From: an uncultured Bacteroidales bacterium
Lineage (GTDB): Bacteria > Bacteroidota > Bacteroidia > Bacteroidales > Paludibacteraceae
Reading direction: 5' to 3'
NCBI GenBank assembly: GCA_946403315.1
Contig: CAMIZK010000001.1
Coordinates: 1,588 to 65,587, forward strand
DNA length: 64,000 nt
Made by a program: the position numbers and the translations under genes. The notes beneath the pieces are model-generated. The model was not told where the DNA came from. It worked only from the letters and a program-made list of their open reading frames with translations, and ran no database searches. Below are positions 46,634 to 54,824 of this stretch, piece after piece. The first letter of the stretch is position 1. Each line of letters starts with the position of its first letter.

Positions 46634-47797
46634 TTATGCAATATCTGAATGCTGACGGCTGACGGCTGATAGCTTTTTCAAATGACAGAGCATGAGACTG
46701 CCGTCTTCCCGGCGAAGGTGCATTCCGTTGCCTTCGCAGAACGAGAAAGCCTTGCAGTCTTTGCAGGGTTCCGTTTGCCGCATCCAACTGCGGTCACGGT
46801 ACGGTTTAAATCCGTTTTCCCAAACGGACCAGAAAGAGTCTTTGTAGATATTGCCCTGGTAGTATTTTCCCCGGATGGAGGTGCAGGCAGATATCGAACC
46901 GTCGATGAGAATAGAGGCAACGGAGATACCGGCTGCGCATTGGTAGAGATGATCCCGTACACGCCCTTCATAGTCCCCCAAATAGCCTTCGCACGAATAG
47001 CTCACATGCCTACCCGCTTCCCGTTCGCACACGATATAGTCCATTAGCTGTTTGAACTGCGCATCCATAAGGATCAATTCCGGATTTTCCGCTGCACGCC
47101 CCATAGGGTCGATACCGAAGACACGCCAATTGCGAACACCCAGTTCCCACAGCATCTCCCTTATCGCCGGTAAGTGGTCTATCGTGCGCTGGTTCACACA
47201 CGTCACCACATCCCAGGCTATCGGCTGACGGCTGACGGCTAAATGCTGACGGCTGACGGCTGAATGCTGACGGCTGACGGCTGAATGCTGACGGCTGTTA
47301 TAATCCGCAATCAGTTTGATTGCTCGTGTGGCACCTTCGAAAGCCAAAGGGTGCTGCCGCAGCCATACATGGTCCGCTTCCAAACCGTCACACGAGACGG
47401 TGATGGAGCGTAAACCGGCATCTAACAGTTCATGAAATTTCTTCTCCGTCAGCGCCAAACCGTTGGTCACCATTCCCCATGGATAGCCGCGTTGCTTGAG
47501 CGCCCTACCCACTTCCGCCAAGTCTTTGCGCATCAGCGGTTCACCGCCGGAGATAACGATCATCACTTCATGCGGATCCACGTGCGGTGTCACTTCCGTG
47601 TCGATGACCTTAAGAAAGTCTTCCGCCGGCATGTCCGGCGTCTCGATAGACGCAATGCAGTCGCTGCCGCAATGCAGGCAATGTACATTACATCGTAATG
47701 TGGACTCCCAGAACAGCTGGCGTAACGGATGCAACTCCTTCAAGTTATGCCTCCGCCAACGCTCTAACCACAGCGCTATCTTCAGCCTCAGTCTCAT
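46634..47797 (-). CDS. Radical SAM enzyme with a C-terminal SPASM domain
   Basis: CNVHCLHC is a CxxxCxxC motif, and ISGGEPL is present. The C-terminal Cys-rich SPASM-like region reads CAAGISVASILIDGSISAC...CKDCKAFSFCEGNGMH. The start overlaps the lipoprotein stop (ATGA, 47794-47797). It has two in-frame heptamer arrays. Confidence 0.85.
   Translation of the reverse strand: MRLRLKIALWLERWRRHNLKELHPLRQLFWESTLRCNVHCLHCGSDCIASIETPDMPAEDFLKVIDTEVTPHVDPHEVMIVISGGEPLMRKDLAEVGRALKQRGYPWGMVTNGLALTEKKFHELLDAGLRSITVSCDGLEADHVWLRQHPLAFEGATRAIKLIADYNSRQHSAVSRQHSAVSRQHLAVSRQPIAWDVVTCVNQRTIDHLPAIREMLWELGVRNWRVFGIDPMGRAAENPELILMDAQFKQLMDYIVCEREAGRHVSYSCEGYLGDYEGRVRDHLYQCAAGISVASILIDGSISACTSIRGKYYQGNIYKDSFWSVWENGFKPYRDRSWMRQTEPCKDCKAFSFCEGNGMHLRREDGSLMLCHLKKLSAVSRQHSDIA
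46644..46671 (-). repeat. Heptamer array with sense unit CAGCCGT, at the extreme C-terminus of the rSAM/SPASM gene (LSAVSRQHSDIA-stop)
   Basis: Plus strand: tctgaat gctgacg gctgacg gctgata. Confidence 0.85.
47217..47300 (-). repeat. 12-unit (84 nt) heptamer array with a 21-nt superperiod inside the rSAM/SPASM gene (SRQHSAV x about 4)
   Basis: Plus strand: gctatcg gctgacg gctgacg gctaaat gctgacg gctgacg gctgaat gctgacg gctgacg gctgaat gctgacg gctgtta. Confidence 0.95.
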
Positions 47798-47997
47798 TCG
47801 TACAGATTGAACGCAGGCGGAATACCGTACTTAACGTACACTTCCGGATCCGGTTTTACCGGCTGCACTTTTGTCGTATCCGACGGGTTCTCGTCCTTCG
47901 GCGTCTGCGGCACAGGCTTCGAAGAATGACAACCTGCTAAGGCCAAACTGGCTGCTCCTAACAGCACATTGATTCGTAATAAGGCTTTCTTTTTCAT
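47794..47997 (-). CDS. Small (67 aa) lipoprotein translationally coupled to the radical SAM/SPASM enzyme
   Basis: It has a signal peptide and lipobox (LALAGC), a Pro/Lys-rich spacer, and a C-terminal VYVKYGIPPAFNLYE. A strong promoter lies 23 nt upstream. Confidence 0.65.
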   Translation of the reverse strand: MKKKALLRINVLLGAASLALAGCHSSKPVPQTPKDENPSDTTKVQPVKPDPEVYVKYGIPPAFNLYE

Positions 47998-48019
47998 AAC
48001 CGAACTTCAAAATCTGCGG

Positions 48020-48052
48020 CAAAGGTACAACAAAAAAATGATATATGCAAAT
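48020..48052 (-). promoter_or_regulatory. Promoter of the lipoprotein-rSAM/SPASM pair
   Basis: Sense strand: TTTGCATATATCATTTTTTTGTTG-TACCTTTG, with 20-nt spacing. ATG 47997 lies 23 nt below the -7 box. Confidence 0.8.
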
Positions 48053-48078
48053 TTTTTATTGGGAATTTTGTTGGGAAA

Positions 48079-48516
48079 TTACAAATCGGGGTTTTCGACG
48101 CGGATGACGGCACGGATGAAGTTATCCGGACGGACATAGATAGTGTAGTTTCCGTCTTTGTCACGCGGTGCGATAGGATCGGGTTTTCCTTTGAGTTGGG
48201 CGTAGAAACGAGTCATGTAGGAGTCTAACAAGGCCTGTTTGGCAGGTTCGAGGGGCGTTTTGTTTTTGGCAGCATTGATGAGTTCCTGCGCAAGATGGGA
48301 GGCCTTTCCGAATGCGGTCATGTTGGCTTTTTCGCGGAGAAGAGGCGGATTTGTCTTGAAGTTACGGGGGTTTGGTTTAAAGACCTCCATACGTCCGACT
48401 TTGGTGATTTCACCATCAAAACCACGGAATGTTTTCTTGCGGATAGTCAGTCCGTTTCGAGTGTTCAACGAGCCTGTAATCTCTTCCACAGAAGAGTTGT
48501 ATTTGAGTTTTGCCAT
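48079..48516 (-). CDS. Conserved hypothetical 145-aa protein (paralogue of 62139..62576)
   Basis: It aligns collinearly with the other 145-aa ORF (MAK..Y, TG.L.TR, ITK, ALLD.Y..RF..QLKG.PDP.AP.DK.G, DNFIRA.I). It has its own promoter and a long repeat-bearing leader. Confidence 0.6.
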   Translation of the reverse strand: MAKLKYNSSVEEITGSLNTRNGLTIRKKTFRGFDGEITKVGRMEVFKPNPRNFKTNPPLLREKANMTAFGKASHLAQELINAAKNKTPLEPAKQALLDSYMTRFYAQLKGKPDPIAPRDKDGNYTIYVRPDNFIRAVIRVENPDL

Positions 48517-48562
48517 ATATGAAAAATAGTTGTTATTTCGAAGTTAAAAACCCTAATTATTT

Positions 48563-48617
48563 CGCACTTATCGCGCACAAATGACGCACTTATCTCGTAC
48601 TTATCACGCACTAATTT
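48563..48617 (-). repeat. Five tandem 11-nt repeats in the 5' leader of the 145-aa gene 48079..48516
   Basis: Plus strand: cgcacttatcg cgcacaaatga cgcacttatct cgtacttatca cgcactaattt. The sense-strand consensus is ATAAGTGCGnn. Confidence 0.85.
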
Positions 48618-48635
48618 TAGCATGTAATTATATTG

Positions 48636-48660
48636 GTATTATATACTATGTATATAATAC
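48636..48660. repeat. Perfect 11-bp inverted repeat with a 3-nt spacer in the same leader
   Basis: GTATTATATAC tat GTATATAATAC, about 20-45 nt downstream of the predicted transcription start. Confidence 0.85.
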
Positions 48661-48684
48661 TAGAGAGATGATTGATTTTCGGTG

Positions 48685-48716
48685 CAAAGATACTAAAAAT
48701 TTTTGGAATATGCAAG
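48685..48716 (-). promoter_or_regulatory. Promoter of the 145-aa gene 48079..48516 (long leader)
   Basis: Sense strand: cTTGCATATTCCAAAAATTTTTAG-TATCTTTG, with 20-nt spacing. The ATG is about 165 nt downstream. Confidence 0.7.
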
Positions 48717-48762
48717 AAAAATGCGAATAATTAAGAAAAAAGATGAAAAAAACGCGCGTGCG

Positions 48763-48794
48763 CTTGCGTATTCCAAATATTTTTTGTAATTTTG
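48763..48794 (+). promoter_or_regulatory. Promoter of the RelA/SpoT gene
   Basis: cTTGCGTATTCCAAATATTTTTTG-TAATTTTG, with 20-nt spacing. ATG 48813. Confidence 0.75.
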
Positions 48795-48812
48795 TGCGGA
48801 ATTTTGTGAGTT

Positions 48813-51053
48813 ATGCAGAAAAGTGAGTTCACAGAGGCTGAAGAGCAAATGATCCAACGCGAGTTTGAGGCGTTGCTGGACGACTATGCCCACACTCCCC
48901 ACCGGCAGAAAGTGGAGATCATCACGCATGCGTTCAATTTTGCGCACAAGGCGCACTACGGAGTGCGTCGGTTGAGTGGTGAGCCGTATATCATGCATCC
49001 CCTTGCTGTCGCGCGCATCTGTGTGCGTGAGATCGGTTTGGGTAGCACGAGTATCTGTGCTGCGTTGTTGCATGATGTGGTGGAAGACACCGATTATACG
49101 GTGGAAGACATCGCCGGGCTGTTTGGCGACAAGATCGCCCAGATCGTGAGTGGTCTGACGAAGATCAGCGGCGGAGTGTTCGGCGACCAGGCGAGTGAAC
49201 AGGCGGAGAACTTCCGTCATCTGCTGCTCACCATCAACGAGGATATCCGTGTCGTACTGGTGAAGATCGCCGACCGCCTGCATAACATGCGTACGTTGGG
49301 TGCCCAGCCGAAAGAGAAACAGTACAAAATCGCCGGTGAGACAGAGTATATCTACGCGCCGTTAGCGCACCGCTTAGGTCTGTTTCCGATTAAGACGGAG
49401 TTGGAGGATCTGAGTTTCAAATACGAACATCCGGAAACCTGGCAGGAGATACACGACAAGCTGGAGGCAGTAAAGGCATCGCAGTTGGAGAGTTTCGAGC
49501 AATTTGCCAAACCTATCCGTGAACGGTTGACGTCAATGGGTTACACCTTCTCGATGAAGGCGCGTATCAAAACCGTCTATTCGATCTGGAAGAAGATGAT
49601 GAGCAAGCAATGTGCCTTTGAGGACGTATATGACCTGATGGCCGTTCGAATCATCTTCACGCCGCACGAGACGATGAGTGAGAAAGACCAGTGCTGGATG
49701 ATCTATTCGGCCATCACGGAGTTTTATCGTCCTCACCCGGAACGGATACGCGACTGGATCTCGACGCCGAAGGCGAACGGATACGAGGCCTTGCATGTGA
49801 CGGTCATGGGCACTCACGGCGAGTGGATCGAAGTGCAGATCCGTACCGACCGCATGAACGAGATTGCGGAACACGGCTACGCGGCGCATTGGAAATACAA
49901 GACCGGGGTGTCAGACGATTCGGAACTGGATAAGTGGTTGCAGGAGATCAAGGATATCTTGGCGCACCCGGACACCAACGCGATGGATTTCATCGGTAAT
50001 TTCCGTTTGAACCTTTTTGCGCAAGAGGTGTTTGTCTTCACGCCGACCGGTGAGATCAAGACCATGCCTGCCGGATCGACCGCTTTGGATTTTGCGTTTA
50101 TGCTGCATTCCGAGATCGGAGAGCATTGTATGGGAGCCAAAGTCAACCACACGCTGGTGCCGCTTTCGTATCAACTGAAAGGCGGCGACCAGGTGGAGAT
50201 CATGACGTCCAACAGCCAGCATCCCCAGAAGGAGTGGTATAACATGGTGACGACGTCCAAGGCGCGTAACGGACTGAATGAGTACTTCCGCAAGGAAGAA
50301 CGCAAATATATCAAGCACGGAGAGCGTCTGTTCAACGATGCCGTCGCGATGGATAAGGACCTCGCCAAGAACCACGATCAGGCTTTGGCACGGATCTTGT
50401 CGTACTACCAAAAGAACAAACCGGATGAGTTATATCTGGAGATAGGCCAAGGTGCGATTAGGCTGGATAACCTCCGGGAGATCGTCTATCCGAGACGCAG
50501 TCTGCTGTCGTATGTGCCGTTTATCGGCAAGAAGCCGTCAGTAGTCAGCGTTCAGCCTTCAGAAGAAAACAAGGAGATCGTCAAGCCGCAGAAAGGACGG
50601 CACCGGATCATCCTGACGGATGAGAACTTAGGCAAGGAGTATATCCTCAGTCCCTGCTGTCATCCGATACCGGGCGATGAGGTGTTAGGCTACCTGGACG
50701 AGAAAGGCACGATGCATATCCATAAGATCGACTGCGACGAGGCGATGGTGCTCAAGAGCAGTTTCGGCAAACGGATCTACGAGGCGACGTGGAACACCCA
50801 TCGTGTGCAGTCGTTTGTGGAGACGATCGAGCTGAAGGGTATCGATAAGTTCGGTGTCTTCATCCGGGTACTGCAGAAGATCACGACGGATTTCCACATC
50901 AACCTGCGTTCGGTGAACGTGGTGAGTGACGACGGAATTTTCAAAGGCACCATGGAGATCTACGTCTATGACCGAAGCGAGTTGGAACAGTTATTGAAAG
51001 CGATCCGTCAGATTGAAGATGTCAAAGAAGTTAAACGAGTAATTAAAGAATAG
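48813..51053 (+). CDS. RelA/SpoT-family (p)ppGpp synthetase/hydrolase
   Basis: The HD domain (HPLAVARI...LHDVVEDT), synthetase domain (RIKTVYSIWKKM, YEALHVTV, EVQIRT), a TGS segment (VFVFTPTGEIKTMPAGSTALDFAF) and a C-terminal ACT-like domain are present. Confidence 0.9.
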   Translation: MQKSEFTEAEEQMIQREFEALLDDYAHTPHRQKVEIITHAFNFAHKAHYGVRRLSGEPYIMHPLAVARICVREIGLGSTSICAALLHDVVEDTDYTVEDIAGLFGDKIAQIVSGLTKISGGVFGDQASEQAENFRHLLLTINEDIRVVLVKIADRLHNMRTLGAQPKEKQYKIAGETEYIYAPLAHRLGLFPIKTELEDLSFKYEHPETWQEIHDKLEAVKASQLESFEQFAKPIRERLTSMGYTFSMKARIKTVYSIWKKMMSKQCAFEDVYDLMAVRIIFTPHETMSEKDQCWMIYSAITEFYRPHPERIRDWISTPKANGYEALHVTVMGTHGEWIEVQIRTDRMNEIAEHGYAAHWKYKTGVSDDSELDKWLQEIKDILAHPDTNAMDFIGNFRLNLFAQEVFVFTPTGEIKTMPAGSTALDFAFMLHSEIGEHCMGAKVNHTLVPLSYQLKGGDQVEIMTSNSQHPQKEWYNMVTTSKARNGLNEYFRKEERKYIKHGERLFNDAVAMDKDLAKNHDQALARILSYYQKNKPDELYLEIGQGAIRLDNLREIVYPRRSLLSYVPFIGKKPSVVSVQPSEENKEIVKPQKGRHRIILTDENLGKEYILSPCCHPIPGDEVLGYLDEKGTMHIHKIDCDEAMVLKSSFGKRIYEATWNTHRVQSFVETIELKGIDKFGVFIRVLQKITTDFHINLRSVNVVSDDGIFKGTMEIYVYDRSELEQLLKAIRQIEDVKEVKRVIKE
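50537..50564 (+). repeat. Possible decayed heptamer array, (G/T)TCAGnn x4, in the RelA/SpoT linker (PSVVSVQPSEE)
   Basis: gtcagta gtcagcg ttcagcc ttcagaa. The periodicity is weak. Confidence 0.35.
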
Positions 51054-51055
51054 AT

Positions 51056-52138
51056 ATGAAAAAGATTTTTAGCACTTTGTTCATGGCGCTCATAGCAGTA
51101 GCCATGATGGGTCAAGAGCCGGTCATCACGTTTGAGAAGACCGAGCATGACTTTGGTAAGATTCACGAAGAAGACGGCCGTGTGTCCGTTGAGTTTTCCT
51201 TTAAGAACGAAGGTATGTCACCGTTAGTTCTCAGTAACGTACGTGCCAGCTGCGGTTGCACCACTCCGAAATGGAGTAAAGAGCCGATTGAGCCGGGTCA
51301 GACCGGTAGCATCACCGTGACGTATAACCCCAACGGCCGTCCGGGTCGTTTCCAGAAGACCGTCACCATCACCTCCAATGCCAAGGAGTCCACTACCCGT
51401 GTGTATATCAAGGGTGAAGTGATTCCGAAGCAGGCAAAACCGGTGAACAAATACACCGTAGCCGTAGGTGAGCTGAACATGAAGGGTACGACACTCGATC
51501 TGGGTAAGATCAAGAAAGGCGAGCGTGCACACGGAGAACTGGAGTACACGAACCTCAAGGATGCGGAGCACAAAGTAGAATTGGCTACCAACGGTGCCGA
51601 TGATGCATACCTGGCATCGCAAGTAACGCTGCAGGATGTGAAGAAAGGCGAAGTAGGTAAGTTCGTGTTTGAGCTGAACACGGCTAACAACCGGCTCTAC
51701 GGCCCGGTTCAGTTCCTTGCATATGTAGTCATTGACGGTAAAAAAGAGATTGCTGATCCGTTCAAGCTGACTATCTCTGCAAATGTAGAGGAGGACTTCA
51801 GCAATATGACCACCGAGCAGAAACAGCAGGCACCGATCATTGAGTTGCAGAACGAGTACAAGTTAGGCACCATCGCAGCCGGTAAGAACCATAAGTTCTC
51901 CTTCCCGATCAAGAACAGCGGTGTGAACCCGTTGGAGATCCGTCGTATCTACTCGACCGACGAGACGATGAAGATCAAAGAGCCGAAAGCCATCAAGTCG
52001 GGTAAGAAAGGTTCCGTATCCATCGAGATCAGCACCAAGGGTCTGGAGGCAGGCGAATACATGCGTGACGTGATCATCATCACCAACGACTACCTGCACC
52101 CGATTCAGAAAGTAAGAATCAACTTCGCCGTTGAATAA
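51056..52138 (+). CDS. DUF1573 repeat protein (three Ig-like modules), secreted
   Basis: It has a signal peptide. The first module carries the DUF1573 signature (FEKTEHDFGKI...F.FKNEG..PLVLSNVRASCGCTTPKWSKEPIEPG). Two further modules are degenerate. Confidence 0.7.
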   Translation: MKKIFSTLFMALIAVAMMGQEPVITFEKTEHDFGKIHEEDGRVSVEFSFKNEGMSPLVLSNVRASCGCTTPKWSKEPIEPGQTGSITVTYNPNGRPGRFQKTVTITSNAKESTTRVYIKGEVIPKQAKPVNKYTVAVGELNMKGTTLDLGKIKKGERAHGELEYTNLKDAEHKVELATNGADDAYLASQVTLQDVKKGEVGKFVFELNTANNRLYGPVQFLAYVVIDGKKEIADPFKLTISANVEEDFSNMTTEQKQQAPIIELQNEYKLGTIAAGKNHKFSFPIKNSGVNPLEIRRIYSTDETMKIKEPKAIKSGKKGSVSIEISTKGLEAGEYMRDVIIITNDYLHPIQKVRINFAVE

Positions 52139-53229
52139 TGATTGATCATCCGGAAAATAGTGCCGAATACAAAGGGTTGACAGTGAATGCAGGTGTAGAA
52201 AACCTGCCTTCCGTCAACCCGTATGCCACTTTCCGCCGCAAGAAGACGGTACTGACACCCGAACAGTATTTCGAGGGTATCCGCCGGGGCGACATGACGA
52301 TTCTCAGTCAAGCCGTGACGCTGGTGGAGAGTAACCTGTTAGCCGACCAGGCGATTGCGCAGAAAGTGATTGAACTGTGCCTACCCTATGCCGGAAACTC
52401 CATTCGTGTGGGTATCACCGGTGTACCGGGTGCAGGCAAATCGACGTTCATCGAGGCCTTGGGCAGCGATTTATGCGACAAGGGGAAGAAGTTAGCGGTA
52501 TTGGCTATAGACCCGTCGAGCGAACGCAGCAAAGGATCGATCTTGGGTGACAAGACACGCATGAACGAGTTGTCCGTCAAGTCGAATGCCTTTATCCGTC
52601 CCAGTCCGAGTGCCGGATCATTAGGCGGTGTGGCACGTAAGACACGGGAGACGATCGTGCTTTGTGAGGCCGCCGGGTTCGATACCATCCTGCTGGAGAC
52701 GGTAGGTGTCGGTCAATCGGAGACGGCAGCGCACTCGATGGTGGACTATTTTCTGCTGTTGCAAGTGACGGGAACGGGTGACGAACTGCAAGGCATCAAA
52801 CGCGGCATCATGGAGATGGCAGACGGTATCGCAATCAACAAATGCGACGGTAATAATATTGAACGCGCACGCGCAGCGCGTGTGAGCTTCAAGAACGCGT
52901 TGATGCTCTTTCCGCCTTCGGAGTCCGGCTGGAAACCCGAGGCCATCTGCTGTTCGTCCATCGACCATAGCGGTGTGATGGATGTATGGAACAACATCGA
53001 AGAGTATATCGCGTTTACCAAAGCGAACGGTTTCTTTGACGCCCACCGTACGGAGCAGGCCAAGTACTGGATGTATGAGACGATCAACCAGGCACTCTTG
53101 GACGGATTCTACAAGAACGAGCACATGGAGCATCAGATCGAAGTAGCTGAACGCCAGGTGCTGAATAACGAAATAAGCAGTTTTATTGCTGCCCATAACC
53201 TATTAACTGCATATGGCAGGAACAAGTAA
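52138..53229 (+). CDS. meaB: MeaB/ArgK-type G3E GTPase (methylmalonyl-CoA mutase-associated)
   Basis: GITGVPGAGKST, ILLETVGVGQSE and AINKCDG motifs are present. The start overlaps the upstream stop in a TAATG arrangement. Confidence 0.8.
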   Translation: MIDHPENSAEYKGLTVNAGVENLPSVNPYATFRRKKTVLTPEQYFEGIRRGDMTILSQAVTLVESNLLADQAIAQKVIELCLPYAGNSIRVGITGVPGAGKSTFIEALGSDLCDKGKKLAVLAIDPSSERSKGSILGDKTRMNELSVKSNAFIRPSPSAGSLGGVARKTRETIVLCEAAGFDTILLETVGVGQSETAAHSMVDYFLLLQVTGTGDELQGIKRGIMEMADGIAINKCDGNNIERARAARVSFKNALMLFPPSESGWKPEAICCSSIDHSGVMDVWNNIEEYIAFTKANGFFDAHRTEQAKYWMYETINQALLDGFYKNEHMEHQIEVAERQVLNNEISSFIAAHNLLTAYGRNK

Positions 53230-54793
53230 GACAAGCAAACGCGCACCGCAGACCACCATCATCAAGGTGGGTGCCAACGAGGCGGGTAAGTTACCCCCTC
53301 AGGCGCAGGAGTTGGAAGACTCCGTCATCGGTGCGTTGATGATAGAGAAAGAAGCCTACGGAACGGTAGCCGATCTGTTACGTCCGGAGGTGTTCTATAA
53401 GGATCAGAACCGCATGGTTTTTGAAGCCATCCGTGAACTGGCGGCCAAAGACCAGCCGATCGACGTGATGACGGTAGGTGAGAAGATGAAGACGCAGGGC
53501 ACGCTGGAGAAAGCCGGCGGTCTGGTGTACTTAGCCGACCTGAGTAGACGTGTAGCGTCTGCGGCACACCTGCGTTACCATGCGCAGATCATCGCTCAGA
53601 AAGCGACGGCGCGTGACCTGATCGCGATGGCTGCACAGATCGAAGAGAAAGCGTACGACGAGACCCAGGATATCGATGACCTGATGCAGGAAGCGGAAGC
53701 CGGAATCTTCGAGATCACACAGAGAAGTCAGAAACGGGATGTGACACAGATCGACCCCGTCATTGAAGAGGCCTTCAAACGTATGGAGAAAGCGGCACAG
53801 AACACGGGTTCGATATCCGGTATTCCGTCCGGTTTCAACGCATTGGATAAGATCACGTCCGGCTGGCAGACACCGGATCTGGTGATCATCGCCGCTCGTC
53901 CGGCGATGGGTAAGACGGCGTTTGTGCTGTCCATGGCCAAGCATATGGCCATTGACCGGGAGATACCTACGGCGATCTTCAGTCTGGAGATGAGTAACGT
54001 GCAGTTGGTTAACCGTCTGATTATGAACGTGTGCGAGATCGAAGGCGAGAAGATCAAAACGGGTAAGATGAGTAAGGCGGACAGCCAGAAACTGAACACG
54101 AAGATCAATATCATGAAGGGTAAACCGCTGTACATGGACGATACACCTTCTCTGTCGATCTTTGAGTTGCGGTCCAAAGCCCGTAAGCTGGTGCATGACC
54201 ACGGTGTACGAATCATCATCATCGACTATCTGCAGCTGATGAACGCACAGGGTTCGTCTTTCGGCAGCCGTGAGCAGGAAGTAAGTATCATCTCCCGTGG
54301 ACTGAAAGGTCTGGCGAAGGAGTTGGATATACCGATTATTGCGTTGTCGCAGTTGAACCGTGGTGTGGAAGCGCGTACGGGTATTGAAGGCAAGACACCG
54401 CAGTTGAGTGACCTACGTGAGTCGGGTGCCATCGAGCAAGACGCCGATATGGTATGCTTTATCCATCGTCCGGAGTACTATCATATCTATACCGATGAGA
54501 AATCCGCTAAGGACCTGCGTGGTCTGGCACAGATCATTGTGGCGAAGCACCGTAACGGTGCTACGGATAGTATCTGGTTGCGGTTCCGAGGCAAGTATGC
54601 CAAGTTCCAGAACGAGGATGAGGCCATCGATCCGGATGAGTTGAATACACCGATGATCCCGGATGGCGGAGGCATGTCCATTCAGTCGAGCATGAACAGC
54701 GCAATGGGAGCCGTGTCCTTCGGACAACAGATGAATGCGGACGGCGCAAGTATGAACAGTTTAGGTGAAGATTTAAGTCAATATCAATTATAG
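53213..54793 (+). CDS. dnaB: Replicative DNA helicase DnaB
   Basis: PPQAQELEDSVIGALM (N-terminal domain), Walker A (AARPAMGKTAF), IIIDYLQLM, ALSQLNR, SDLRESGAIEQDAD and KHRNG motifs are present. Confidence 0.9.
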   Translation: MAGTSKTSKRAPQTTIIKVGANEAGKLPPQAQELEDSVIGALMIEKEAYGTVADLLRPEVFYKDQNRMVFEAIRELAAKDQPIDVMTVGEKMKTQGTLEKAGGLVYLADLSRRVASAAHLRYHAQIIAQKATARDLIAMAAQIEEKAYDETQDIDDLMQEAEAGIFEITQRSQKRDVTQIDPVIEEAFKRMEKAAQNTGSISGIPSGFNALDKITSGWQTPDLVIIAARPAMGKTAFVLSMAKHMAIDREIPTAIFSLEMSNVQLVNRLIMNVCEIEGEKIKTGKMSKADSQKLNTKINIMKGKPLYMDDTPSLSIFELRSKARKLVHDHGVRIIIIDYLQLMNAQGSSFGSREQEVSIISRGLKGLAKELDIPIIALSQLNRGVEARTGIEGKTPQLSDLRESGAIEQDADMVCFIHRPEYYHIYTDEKSAKDLRGLAQIIVAKHRNGATDSIWLRFRGKYAKFQNEDEAIDPDELNTPMIPDGGGMSIQSSMNSAMGAVSFGQQMNADGASMNSLGEDLSQYQL

Positions 54794-54820
54794 TCGAAAG
54801 ATAAAAGTCGAAAGATAAAA
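54793..54820. repeat. Direct 14-nt repeat x2 (two 7-nt half-units) between dnaB and asnS
   Basis: gtcgaaagataaaa gtcgaaagataaaa, immediately after the dnaB stop. Confidence 0.85.
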
Positions 54821-54824
54821 GAAT

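Noticed and set aside
46470-46787. A 105-aa ORF between the giant gene and the rSAM gene.
   Set aside because: It overlaps the 3' end of the rSAM gene out of frame and runs across the giant-gene promoter, with no supporting features.
47217-47300. The possibility that the periodic arrays (this one, and the 11-nt arrays at 48563-48617 and 62670-62735) are CRISPR arrays.
   Set aside because: The units are 7 or 11 nt and head-to-tail with no spacers, no cas genes are present, and most arrays lie inside ORFs.
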